Made by a program: the position numbers and the translations under genes. A DNA stretch of 32,000 bases, taken from Nitrososphaerota archaeon. GTDB lineage: Archaea > Thermoproteota > Nitrososphaeria > Nitrososphaerales > Nitrosopumilaceae. The stretch covers positions 123,601 to 155,600 of the forward strand of contig JAJPGX010000001.1 in the NCBI GenBank assembly GCA_021325595.1. The letters run 5' to 3'. Below the pieces are notes generated by a model that saw nothing but the letters and a program-made list of their open reading frames with translations, made no database searches and was not told the DNA's origin. How positions within the stretch are numbered: the first letter of the stretch is position 1; each line of letters opens with the position of its first letter. Shown one piece after another: positions 24,503 through 32,000 of this stretch.

Positions 24503-25360
24503 TTAATGCGATTTAATTGATTTTATCAATACGTATTGTATGATGCCTTTCTCTGATACCTCCTTCATTTTTTGTATTGATCTGTAAAGTATTTTTTCTA
24601 CATATGCTGGATATTTTTGAATAATTCTTGATTTGATGGACTCTCTATTTTTTATGTAATAATCTGCCAAGGGGGGATAAACCATATCTCCTATGATCTC
24701 TTTTCTTGTTATCTTAAAACCATTTGAAACAAGCGCTCTTTCTACTGTTTTAAAATCATAATGCTCTGAGGACCATGTGAATTTTAGGATACCTATTTTG
24801 AGAATTTCAGGACCTTTGGAATCTGCAAGAATAGGTATTGCGATACATAGTATGCCGTCTTTGTCTAATACTCGGCTTGATTCTTGTACAAATTTATCAA
24901 GAGGTTTGAAGTGCTGTGCCGATTCTAGAGCAATGACCCTGTCAAATGCCGACTCTCTAAATGGTATTGTAGTGGCAGTAGAATTAACAAGTTCAAGATT
25001 TTTATTATTCCCAAGTAACTGTTTTGCAAATCTTAATTGATTTTGATTTATGTTAAGACTTGAGATATCTAAGACAGGATATTTTTTTTTCCAAATTATT
25101 GCAGGCTCTGAAAACCCGCTTCCAACATCAAGCAAGTTTTTTGCATTTTTTAGATCTGATATGTCACCTATGATGTCACATAGATTTGTTTGGGCTGCAA
25201 CTGGATCCCTAGTATCTTGTTTCCAGTATCCAAAGTTGAGCATATTGCCGCTTGTGGCAACCTGCATTATTGAAGAAAGGTAATCGTAGAGATTAATTAC
25301 ATCTGTTTCATTTCGGCGAAACGTCCAAAATAATAGATCTTTTAGATTTGGATTTACCAA
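24503..25360 (-). CDS. Class I SAM-dependent methyltransferase (Methyltransf_11-like)
   Basis: Motif I LLDVGSGFSEP, post-I LNINQNQLRFAK, motif II/III FDRVIALESAQHF...LDKDGILCIAIP, and the N-terminal NFGYW typical of small-molecule MTases. The track start is TTG 25360 and the first ATG is 30 codons in. Confidence 0.8.
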   Translation of the reverse strand: MVNPNLKDLLFWTFRRNETDVINLYDYLSSIMQVATSGNMLNFGYWKQDTRDPVAAQTNLCDIIGDISDLKNAKNLLDVGSGFSEPAIIWKKKYPVLDISSLNINQNQLRFAKQLLGNNKNLELVNSTATTIPFRESAFDRVIALESAQHFKPLDKFVQESSRVLDKDGILCIAIPILADSKGPEILKIGILKFTWSSEHYDFKTVERALVSNGFKITRKEIIGDMVYPPLADYYIKNRESIKSRIIQKYPAYVEKILYRSIQKMKEVSEKGIIQYVLIKSIKSH

Positions 25361-25439
25361 CTTTCTAAGAATGAATCTAATGTAATTATTAAGATATGGA
25401 ATTGCTGAACTTTTTATTGCACTCTAAATTAATAAATTC

Positions 25440-25691
25440 ATGGACTCGTGTGATTCTAGGACTAGGTCATATAAAAACGGAAAAACTTTTGAACAATGTA
25501 GAGACATTGCCAAGACATTAAGTGCAGCTCTGAAAGAAAAAATCAATCAAAAAGGTGAGGTCCAGTGGTCCGAAATTCTAGAGTCTGCAGATCATGATGA
25601 GCTTGTCTACAAACTCACACTGAAGTTTCTGCGACAAGACGGTTATGATATTGGAAACTGGAAAATTCCTCGAGTTGCAAAAACTAGTTAG
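25440..25691 (+). CDS. Hypothetical protein (83 aa)
   Basis: ATG ORF with no motif recognised. Its 3' end overlaps the convergent membrane-protein gene by 8 nt. Confidence 0.4.
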   Translation: MDSCDSRTRSYKNGKTFEQCRDIAKTLSAALKEKINQKGEVQWSEILESADHDELVYKLTLKFLRQDGYDIGNWKIPRVAKTS

Positions 25692-26523
25692 GTTGTATGG
25701 CACAACTGCCATTTTGTGTTTTTTTTAGTTTACGTGCCATGATTATTGGTGTAACTAATAATATTGGAATTGATATTGCAATAAAGATGGTCTGAATCTC
25801 AGCTTCGTATGTGGTCAAAAACAGAGTAAAACTTGTAGCTCCTGCACCAAATCCAAAAAGCATTGTAAAGGCAGTTCCTGCACATGTTGGACATCCAACA
25901 AATAGACCAGTAACTGCACCAAATGTTCCTACCTTTCCTCCTGAACGCATGATAGAAAATACTGCTGATGATAATGCAAAATTAATTCCAACAAGAAATG
26001 AAACCACTACTAAAAGTACCAGATTCAATGGTATTATCTGCAGTCCAACATGTTCTGTAAAAAAGGCAAAAATCATAGGCATGTATCCTGGAAGATCACA
26101 ACATGGTGATAGCTCAACATGTGGGGGTTTTGGAAAACCATAGTCTGTGGCATTAATGTCTGGTTTGTAAATTATGATTCCAGATGTAATGGCAAAAAAT
26201 ACTCCATATCCTATTGCACTAACAAGAAGTATTCTTTTTGATCTCTTGTTGTTGATGGCATTTGCTATTATGGATGAGACTGAAGAATCTGAAGCAGAAA
26301 TCTTTGATCTGTAAAACTTGTGCAGACCCCAACCTATGGCTACAAATGCAGCTACAAGTACTACATATGTTGCAACAGCAAGTCTCTGTAATGCAGGCAT
26401 TGCAGCCGGAGTAACAATCGTGGAATCATTTTTTGCATATGCAAGAAAAGATACTGCTATAGCTACAAACCCTATGATTATCAAAGCACGATAAGATCTA
26501 CCTATGGTTTTCTGCTTTTCCAC
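25684..26523 (-). CDS. Polytopic membrane protein with vicinal CC and membrane-embedded CPTC motifs
   Basis: 279 aa with a GTG start and ~6 predicted TM helices. LSPCCDLPGY lies in a loop or at a TM edge, and GLFVGCPTCAGTAFTMLFGFGAG lies inside a Gly-rich helix. No family recognised. Confidence 0.6.
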   Translation of the reverse strand: MEKQKTIGRSYRALIIIGFVAIAVSFLAYAKNDSTIVTPAAMPALQRLAVATYVVLVAAFVAIGWGLHKFYRSKISASDSSVSSIIANAINNKRSKRILLVSAIGYGVFFAITSGIIIYKPDINATDYGFPKPPHVELSPCCDLPGYMPMIFAFFTEHVGLQIIPLNLVLLVVVSFLVGINFALSSAVFSIMRSGGKVGTFGAVTGLFVGCPTCAGTAFTMLFGFGAGATSFTLFLTTYEAEIQTIFIAISIPILLVTPIIMARKLKKTQNGSCAIQPN

Positions 26524-26586
26524 TGGATATGGTTTTAAAGTCTAACATTAAATTCTATCTTTGATTACCCAAAGTGTTTATTTGTA

Positions 26587-27033
26587 ATGATGAGAACAGA
26601 GGTTTGTTTGAAGATAGACGAACCTCCAGACTCTGATTATGCAACTACCAAAATCACCTATGTTGGTTTTGTAGATCCTTATGGTGTAGAGGGCTTGGTT
26701 ATCTTAAGATCTGAGGATGGTAAGGAATTTCACATGCGCGCTTTTTCTGGCGAAGTGGCACGACATATCACAAATTTCATTGAAGGCCGCCGTGATACAA
26801 TTCCTACAATATACAACATGATTGAAGAAATTGCAGAACTAAACGAGCTAATCTTGGTTAGGATAAAAGTTTACGAGAGTGGTTCTGTCCTACGAGCAAA
26901 TATTTACTTTACAGGAAAAAATGAATTTGTAATGCGAAACTATAGGGCATCAGACGCAATTGCTCTTGCGACATTTTACAACGTTCCTATACTGGTAAGA
27001 AAAAATCTTTTAAAAGAAAAAATGGAAGTCTAA
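26587..27033 (+). CDS. Bifunctional nuclease (BFN/DUF151) family protein
   Basis: LVILRSEDGKEFHMRAFSGEVARHITNFIEGRRDTIPTIYNMI...RANIYF...RASDAIALATFYNVPILV matches the DUF151 pattern (I-x-I-G-x-x-EA-x-x-I...RP-x-T-x-D...RPSDAIALA). Confidence 0.75.
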   Translation: MMRTEVCLKIDEPPDSDYATTKITYVGFVDPYGVEGLVILRSEDGKEFHMRAFSGEVARHITNFIEGRRDTIPTIYNMIEEIAELNELILVRIKVYESGSVLRANIYFTGKNEFVMRNYRASDAIALATFYNVPILVRKNLLKEKMEV

Positions 27034-28121
27034 GTTACAATCTGTTCTAGTTTTCCTTCTTCTTTGGCGCGTTTAATCTCCATCGCAATTCTTCTTCCCA
27101 CACCAAATGTTTCACCATACTTGTACTTGGTATAAGGACTGGTTGTGGCAAGAATTGGATTGCCTGGAACTCTTAGTGAGACGTCATACACCACAATGTC
27201 CAAGTCTTTTGTAATGACACTTTGTAGTGAGAATGGCCCAATTATTCCAGGTGGGTATTCTCTTCTAACTGCAGCAACAAACTTGTCGCCTGCTTCGATT
27301 ATCTTTTCAAGTAGTGATTCTCTTACACTGGCAGGTGTGTGTCCTACCTCTATATTTTGAAGTTCAATGTCTGTCTCAAGTTGTTGCTTTGCTGGGAGGG
27401 ATACAAAATCGTGCAGGTTAGTTTGCAGCCGTCTTTCTATTCCAAGAAAGTCTACCTCCTCTGATATTGGAGTGTGAAAGTAATTGAAGTTAAAGTACGT
27501 CCCTATGACATATTCTTCAATGCTTGCAGTTCTTAATGCCTCTCTTTCAATCAAATCGTGTTTTATCTTGGTCTCTGTTTTTTCTTTAAATTCAGAATAC
27601 GATGATACAGTGAAAAACGCACGTTCAAGTTTGCGTTTCTTTTCCTGAACCTTGACTATGACCGGTCTGTCTATGTCTTTTGGATTTTTGAAAAGCTTTG
27701 GATGTCTGACTCTGGCTTTTTCAAGCAAATAATATTGGTTTTTTTTGTTTGCTCTTTCCTCTGCTTGGAACAGCTTTCTGTTCCCAAATAATGGAAGATT
27801 TAGTTTGTTTTCTACTCCAACATATCCTAGGTATGCAGTTAATGCTCGGTGTGGTACAATTATGGTATTTAATGCACGTAACTGTGATTGCACTTTATTG
27901 GATAACATATCTTTGAATTTGTTTACTATGATCATGTCATCAGCTATGCGGGAAAATCTCTTGTATGGTATCTCTCTTCCTTTTTGACAAATTACCACAG
28001 TTCGAAAATTTTCATCTTTTGCGCCATCCATTACTTCTAGTGCAGAATGACTTCCAAGAACGCCTATTGTAAGATCAGAATAACTTTTAACAATATCTTG
28101 AATCTCTGATCTTTTTATCAT
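27030..28121 (-). CDS. purP: 5-formaminoimidazole-4-carboxamide ribonucleotide (FAICAR) synthetase, archaeal PurP
   Basis: IGVLGSHSALEVMDGAKDENFRTVVICQKGREIPY plus an ATP-grasp C-terminal half (GPFSLQSVITKDLDIVVYDVSLRVPG) match archaeal PurP. Confidence 0.9.
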   Translation of the reverse strand: MIKRSEIQDIVKSYSDLTIGVLGSHSALEVMDGAKDENFRTVVICQKGREIPYKRFSRIADDMIIVNKFKDMLSNKVQSQLRALNTIIVPHRALTAYLGYVGVENKLNLPLFGNRKLFQAEERANKKNQYYLLEKARVRHPKLFKNPKDIDRPVIVKVQEKKRKLERAFFTVSSYSEFKEKTETKIKHDLIEREALRTASIEEYVIGTYFNFNYFHTPISEEVDFLGIERRLQTNLHDFVSLPAKQQLETDIELQNIEVGHTPASVRESLLEKIIEAGDKFVAAVRREYPPGIIGPFSLQSVITKDLDIVVYDVSLRVPGNPILATTSPYTKYKYGETFGVGRRIAMEIKRAKEEGKLEQIVT

Positions 28122-28154
28122 GCTGCATCTATTTGTCGTGGGTAAAAAAGCGTT

Positions 28155-28331
28155 TTACTTTAGGTCTTCTTTATCTTTGAACTCTTTTAGTTCTTTTTCT
28201 GCTTCGATTCTGCCTTTCTCATATTCACCCTTGGCTTTTCCAAAAGTTCTTGCTAGTTCTGGGATCTTCTTTGCACCGAAAATTAAAACCCCGATTATTA
28301 CTACGGCAATTATTATATTTTCATATGCCAT
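28155..28331 (-). CDS. tatA: Sec-independent protein translocase subunit TatA/E (missed by ORF track)
   Basis: Own translation: MAYENIIIAVVIIGVLIFGAKKIPELARTFGKAKGEYEKGRIEAEKELKEFKDKEDLK (58 aa). It has a TM helix, the FG-x-KK-(I/L)-PEL hinge and an amphipathic helix. It lies 21 nt downstream of tatC. The plus-strand ORF 28120..28371 is its shadow. Confidence 0.85.
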   Translation of the reverse strand: MAYENIIIAVVIIGVLIFGAKKIPELARTFGKAKGEYEKGRIEAEKELKEFKDKEDLK

Positions 28332-28352
28332 GTATGCATTATTTTATCTAGA

Positions 28353-29150
28353 TCAAGATTTAAGTGTTTGAACCTGCTTTGCCCTTCTTTCAGATAATGC
28401 CATACCTACAAGGTACAGGCCAATCATGGGTCCTGCAACAAACCACATGGTAACACCACTTCCGTCTGGAGTTATGGCAGCTCCTAGAATTATCATGGCA
28501 AATATTGCATACCTTATGTTTCGCCTCCAAAACTTTTCATCAATCATGCCTGATGCAGTTATTGCATACATTATGAGTGGGAGCTGAAATGCTATTCCAA
28601 ACGTTAGCAAAAATTGTAACACAAATGATATGAAATCGACAATATTAAGAAATGTAAGTAAATCTGCAGATTCGCCATATTTGTAAAGAAAACTAAGGAT
28701 GTATGGTGTAACAAAGTAATATGAAAAAACACATCCTGCTATGAATAGACCTATTGCAGGAACTGTTATGTTTCTAATTATCTGAGTTTCTTTCTCATCC
28801 AGTGCAGGTGATAGAAAACCAACAAACTCTTTTACGATTATTGGCATCGCAAATACAATTCCAAGCAGTATTGCAATATAGAACTGGGCAAAAAATGCCT
28901 GTCCAGGGGCTGTTTGAATAAGCTGAACAGTAGGTGGTAACAATTGATGTTTCATGATTATTGTTGTCTGAGCTGCTATGTTATCAAATGGGCTGAATGT
29001 TGGATAGTACAAACCTATTCCATTGTAACTGATTGGTGTTAGGTGAAAGCCTAAGATGAAAAATGAGATTGCTCCAACAGCAATCAACATTCTAAATATT
29101 CGCTTTCTAAACTCTTCTAAATGCTCGCTGATGGTTAACCGCTTATCCAT
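28353..29150 (-). CDS. tatC: Sec-independent protein translocase subunit TatC
   Basis: LTISEHLEEFRKRIFRMLIAV, six TM helices and the PALDEKE loop are typical of TatC. Confidence 0.9.
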   Translation of the reverse strand: MDKRLTISEHLEEFRKRIFRMLIAVGAISFFILGFHLTPISYNGIGLYYPTFSPFDNIAAQTTIIMKHQLLPPTVQLIQTAPGQAFFAQFYIAILLGIVFAMPIIVKEFVGFLSPALDEKETQIIRNITVPAIGLFIAGCVFSYYFVTPYILSFLYKYGESADLLTFLNIVDFISFVLQFLLTFGIAFQLPLIMYAITASGMIDEKFWRRNIRYAIFAMIILGAAITPDGSGVTMWFVAGPMIGLYLVGMALSERRAKQVQTLKS

Positions 29151-29184
29151 TGGAGATCAATAGACATAGCTACTTCTTCCTTAT

Positions 29185-29643
29185 CTACTTTCCAGGGATT
29201 GGCAATATTTTATTAGATGGTAGATTGCTTTGCTCTTGCTCTGCTGTAGTAAAGTTTTCTAGTTCTACGGTCAGTTCTGTACTTGTCTCAAAAGTAGTTC
29301 CTAATTGCATAGCCAATTCTGTAATCTCTTGCGGTGTGTAAATTTCACGCGATCCTTTTAGAAATATCCTGCTGCCTTTCTCAGCAACTTCGCCACCAAA
29401 TTTGTCTTTTAGAAACTTTGTAATTTTTTCTACTTCTTCCTGCGGTATCTGATTATGATAAAACACAATTCCAGGAACGGATTGATAATCCCAAGGAGTT
29501 CCATTTCTGTAACAAAAGACACCAAAGACAGAGCCTTTGTCGTCTTTGACGCACTTTATTTCCCAAATCAGAACCTTTTTTGGATCATATTGTGCTTTTT
29601 TAAGATCCTCTACTGTAAGCTTCCAATAGCGTAATCTGCTCAT
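29185..29643 (-). CDS. Hypothetical protein (152 aa), first gene of the tatC-tatA-purP same-strand run
   Basis: ATG ORF 34 nt upstream of tatC. No motif recognised. Confidence 0.5.
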   Translation of the reverse strand: MSRLRYWKLTVEDLKKAQYDPKKVLIWEIKCVKDDKGSVFGVFCYRNGTPWDYQSVPGIVFYHNQIPQEEVEKITKFLKDKFGGEVAEKGSRIFLKGSREIYTPQEITELAMQLGTTFETSTELTVELENFTTAEQEQSNLPSNKILPIPGK

Positions 29644-29682
29644 CTTATGAATGATTAAATATTCGCTTATAAAATTGTGTGC

Positions 29683-30171
29683 ATGGAAGTTATTCCTGTA
29701 GACAGACTTGAGCTCTTAACTGAGATGGAGGAAAAATATGAAAAAAAGGATAAAGAATACTTTGTTCATCTATTAGATCACAAGGACTTTGTTATACGAT
29801 GTAGGGCAGTATGCATACTAGTTGACATTGGTGGCGAAGATGTAGTGCCACATGTTGCAGGAATTTTAAAAAATGATCCTAATGAATTGGTAAGACACGA
29901 AGCTGCATTTTCCTTGGGCCAGATGTGTCTTCGAAGTGGCATCGGACCACTTGAGGATGCAACAAAAAATGATCCGAGTTTGTTTGTAAGACATGAAGCA
30001 GCAGTAGCATTAGGTGTCATAGGTGCAAAAGAAGCAAAGGAGACACTTGAAAAAGCACTTCATGATCCAAGTGAGCAAGTAAGAGATTCTGCAGTTGTTG
30101 CACTTTCAAATCTAAAATTCATGGAAAGCTTGAGCAAAAACGCGAAATTTGCAAGACTCACCGGTGGCTAG
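29683..30171 (+). CDS. Four-HEAT-repeat (PBS-lyase HEAT-like) protein with two His-Glu motifs; half-size deoxyhypusine-hydroxylase-like
   Basis: Four repeats: FVIRCRAVCILVDIG, ELVRHEAAFSLGQM, LFVRHEAAVALGVIG and EQVRDSAVVALSNL. The HE pairs are H72-E73 (nt 29896-29901) and H104-E105 (nt 29992-29997). I start at ATG 29683; the track start at 29677 is GTG. Confidence 0.7.
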   Translation: MEVIPVDRLELLTEMEEKYEKKDKEYFVHLLDHKDFVIRCRAVCILVDIGGEDVVPHVAGILKNDPNELVRHEAAFSLGQMCLRSGIGPLEDATKNDPSLFVRHEAAVALGVIGAKEAKETLEKALHDPSEQVRDSAVVALSNLKFMESLSKNAKFARLTGG

Positions 30172-32000
30172 ATAGGAGTTACCAAGGTTCCTTCCGGCAT
30201 TGCCTTAAAATCATATATTGCATCAATATTGGAATTTTCAAAAATCTCTGAATCATGAGTTATTATGATAAACTGAGATATTGCATCAATATTTGATTCA
30301 AATGCCTGGGATAGGACATTTACTAGCGATTTTCTTCTCTCATGATCCAAGTGAGTTGTTGGCTCATCAAGAATTATGAAATTCAAGTTAGATGAGCCCA
30401 TCAAGTGTGCCATGCCTAACCGTAATGCTAACGCAACACTTACTTTTTCACCACCACTTAGAGACTCTAGATCTAAATTCGTGTTTCCAGAATAACATGT
30501 GATTCCTATATCTCTTGCTTTGTCCTCAAGTGTAATTCTATGGATTTTTACATTGAACGTTGACAAATATTCTGAGGCCTTTTGAGATATAATGTTTAGT
30601 GCCCATGAACGAAGACTTGTTGCAACTGGACCGTCTCTATTGTAAATTTGGCTGCGGATAGTTTCAAGATGTGAAACATATTCTTTGACATTGTGTAATT
30701 CAGATAATGTCTGTTGGTTTTTTTCAAATTCTTCTTTGTATAATTTCATCTTTGTACATATAGCGCCAATTTCCTGATCAATGCTGCTGAGAAGTTTTCG
30801 TTGTTGTTCTAGCTTTATCTTTAAATTTCTAAAATTATTTGCATCAAAATCTTTTGTTTCATTAATTAACGCAGAAATGGAATTTATTACATCTGTTGAA
30901 TGCTGGTCTATTGCCATTTGCATGAGATTTCCACCTATGGCTATCTCTGGAATTTCTCTTACACTGGATCTGAGTTTCCATATTTCATTTTCAAGTGCTG
31001 TCAGGTCATCTTTTGTCTTTATGCAGTAAAGTGATAAAACTGCCTCTGCTTTTTCTATCTGCCTGGTCTTTAATTCCAATTCTTCTTTGTTTTTCAAAAT
31101 TCTTGATTCATGAGATGCAACCTCATCTGCTTTTTTCTTGAGCGCTTCAAGTTCTTTCTTTAGTTGCTTTTCATCAAATAACGGATTTAGACTATCAACT
31201 CTTGAATTACATACTGGGCACTTGCCATCAATCAAATGTATTTTTCCTGCTAACTCTTGGTGACTTTTGATTTTGCCTATCTTTTCATTGGTTTCTTTTG
31301 ATTCCATACGATATCTTTCAAGGTCGTTTTCTATCTGTTTTCTATCTGATTCTATCTGAGGTTTTATCGATATTAGGGATAAACTATTTGTAGACTCGGC
31401 AAGTTTTTTTTCTTTCTCAACCAAATCTCGCTTAAAATCAACTATCTTGTTACGGACATATTTGACAAGCTCTTCTTTCCTGATTTCTATTTCTTTTATC
31501 TTCAATTCTTTAGGAGTATCTTCATCTATCTTTTTTTGTATCAGGAAAAATTCTTTTTCCTGGGACGCTTTTTCTTCTTCAAGTTTTCTTTTCTGTGGGT
31601 CTAAAATGGTAATCTCTTTTCCTAAAAATTCATTTCTTGTCTTTAACATGCTTATGTCTGTGTCATCGTATCCTAGATTGGATTTGATCGATTCTCTAAA
31701 CGCATCTATTGATTTTTTCATAAAATCATGCGCAGTATCTAGTTTGTCAATTCCTATGATGGCATTAACAAGCTCCTTGAATTTTTTTGGATCAGCCTCT
31801 ATGATTGATTGTAACTCCCCCTGCTGAACAATTGATGCTACCTTCAGTTTTTCAAAATCTAAACCAACGAGGTTTTCTATCTCTTTTGTCATCGATTCCC
31901 CGAACTGTTTTCTTTCTCCTGCTGCGAGTGGTACTAGTTTATCGTTTTTCTTTTCGTAAAGCTGCGCAGATGACGTACCTTTTGCATCTATTTTGCGAAC
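30168..32000 (-). CDS. rad50: Rad50 DNA double-strand-break repair ATPase, C-terminal ~610 aa; the N-terminus lies beyond the right edge
   Basis: The frame stays open from 31892 to position 32000 (VRKIDAKGTSSAQLYEKK...). Q-loop is VQQGE. Long coiled coils flank the zinc hook GKCPVCNS (CPVC at nt 31209-31220). Signature LSGGEKVSVALALRLGM, Walker B FIILDEPTTHLD and H-loop IIITHD are present. Confidence 0.88.
   Translation of the reverse strand, partial: VRKIDAKGTSSAQLYEKKNDKLVPLAAGERKQFGESMTKEIENLVGLDFEKLKVASIVQQGELQSIIEADPKKFKELVNAIIGIDKLDTAHDFMKKSIDAFRESIKSNLGYDDTDISMLKTRNEFLGKEITILDPQKRKLEEEKASQEKEFFLIQKKIDEDTPKELKIKEIEIRKEELVKYVRNKIVDFKRDLVEKEKKLAESTNSLSLISIKPQIESDRKQIENDLERYRMESKETNEKIGKIKSHQELAGKIHLIDGKCPVCNSRVDSLNPLFDEKQLKKELEALKKKADEVASHESRILKNKEELELKTRQIEKAEAVLSLYCIKTKDDLTALENEIWKLRSSVREIPEIAIGGNLMQMAIDQHSTDVINSISALINETKDFDANNFRNLKIKLEQQRKLLSSIDQEIGAICTKMKLYKEEFEKNQQTLSELHNVKEYVSHLETIRSQIYNRDGPVATSLRSWALNIISQKASEYLSTFNVKIHRITLEDKARDIGITCYSGNTNLDLESLSGGEKVSVALALRLGMAHLMGSSNLNFIILDEPTTHLDHERRKSLVNVLSQAFESNIDAISQFIIITHDSEIFENSNIDAIYDFKAMPEGTLVTPI

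Noticed and set aside
28120-28371. 83-aa plus-strand ORF from the track between purP and tatC.
   Set aside because: The opposite strand encodes a textbook TatA (TM helix, FG-x-KK-IPEL hinge, amphipathic helix) in the expected position after tatC. The plus ORF is its shadow.
1-32000. Search by eye for tRNA/rRNA genes, C/D-box sRNAs, CRISPR repeats, IS elements and integrases.
   Set aside because: I found no T-loop (GTTCRAATC-like) contexts outside coding frames, no regularly spaced 25-40-nt repeats and no transposase or integrase motifs. Absence cannot be proven without tRNAscan, Infernal or a CRISPR finder.

Overview
Low-GC, very gene-dense archaeal chromosome segment. The gene set is archaeal EF-2, PurP, Rad50 with a zinc hook, TatA/TatC, two futalosine-pathway enzymes, a methylmalonyl-CoA-epimerase-like VOC protein and a secreted BNR-repeat protein ending in a PEFG-CTERM sorting signal. 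From this I infer a marine ammonia-oxidising thaumarchaeon (Nitrosopumilus-like); no database search was run. I found no rRNA, tRNA, CRISPR array, transposase or integrase. Roughly 4.5-11 kb and 26.5-32 kb are housekeeping genes packed so tightly that five convergent gene pairs overlap at their stop codons. Roughly 12-25 kb looks more accessory. It holds an HNH nuclease with a large uncharacterised N-terminal domain next to a 555-bp AT-rich gap with a decayed ORF. It also holds many small or hypothetical ORFs, a stand-alone MEDS protein, a PPOX-like gene remnant, an SNF2 helicase, a CorA-like protein without the GMN motif and an orphan PIN-like mini-protein. I translated several genes that the >=60-aa ORF track misses: tatA, a 55-aa C2H2 zinc-finger protein with a TTG start, the truncated SSS transporter at the left edge and some micro-ORFs. 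The best leads are: (1) a 162-aa four-HEAT-repeat protein with two VRHEAA His-Glu motifs spaced as in one half of deoxyhypusine hydroxylase; (2) the HNH nuclease as a possible modification-dependent restriction enzyme; (3) a translationally coupled unit of tandem SagB-type nitroreductase, DUF3311-like peptide and SSS symporter; (4) the GMN-less CorA-like protein; (5) a polytopic membrane protein with CC and CPTC motifs. No complete, obviously novel multi-gene system is demonstrable from sequence alone, and all functional calls rest on motif recognition by eye.
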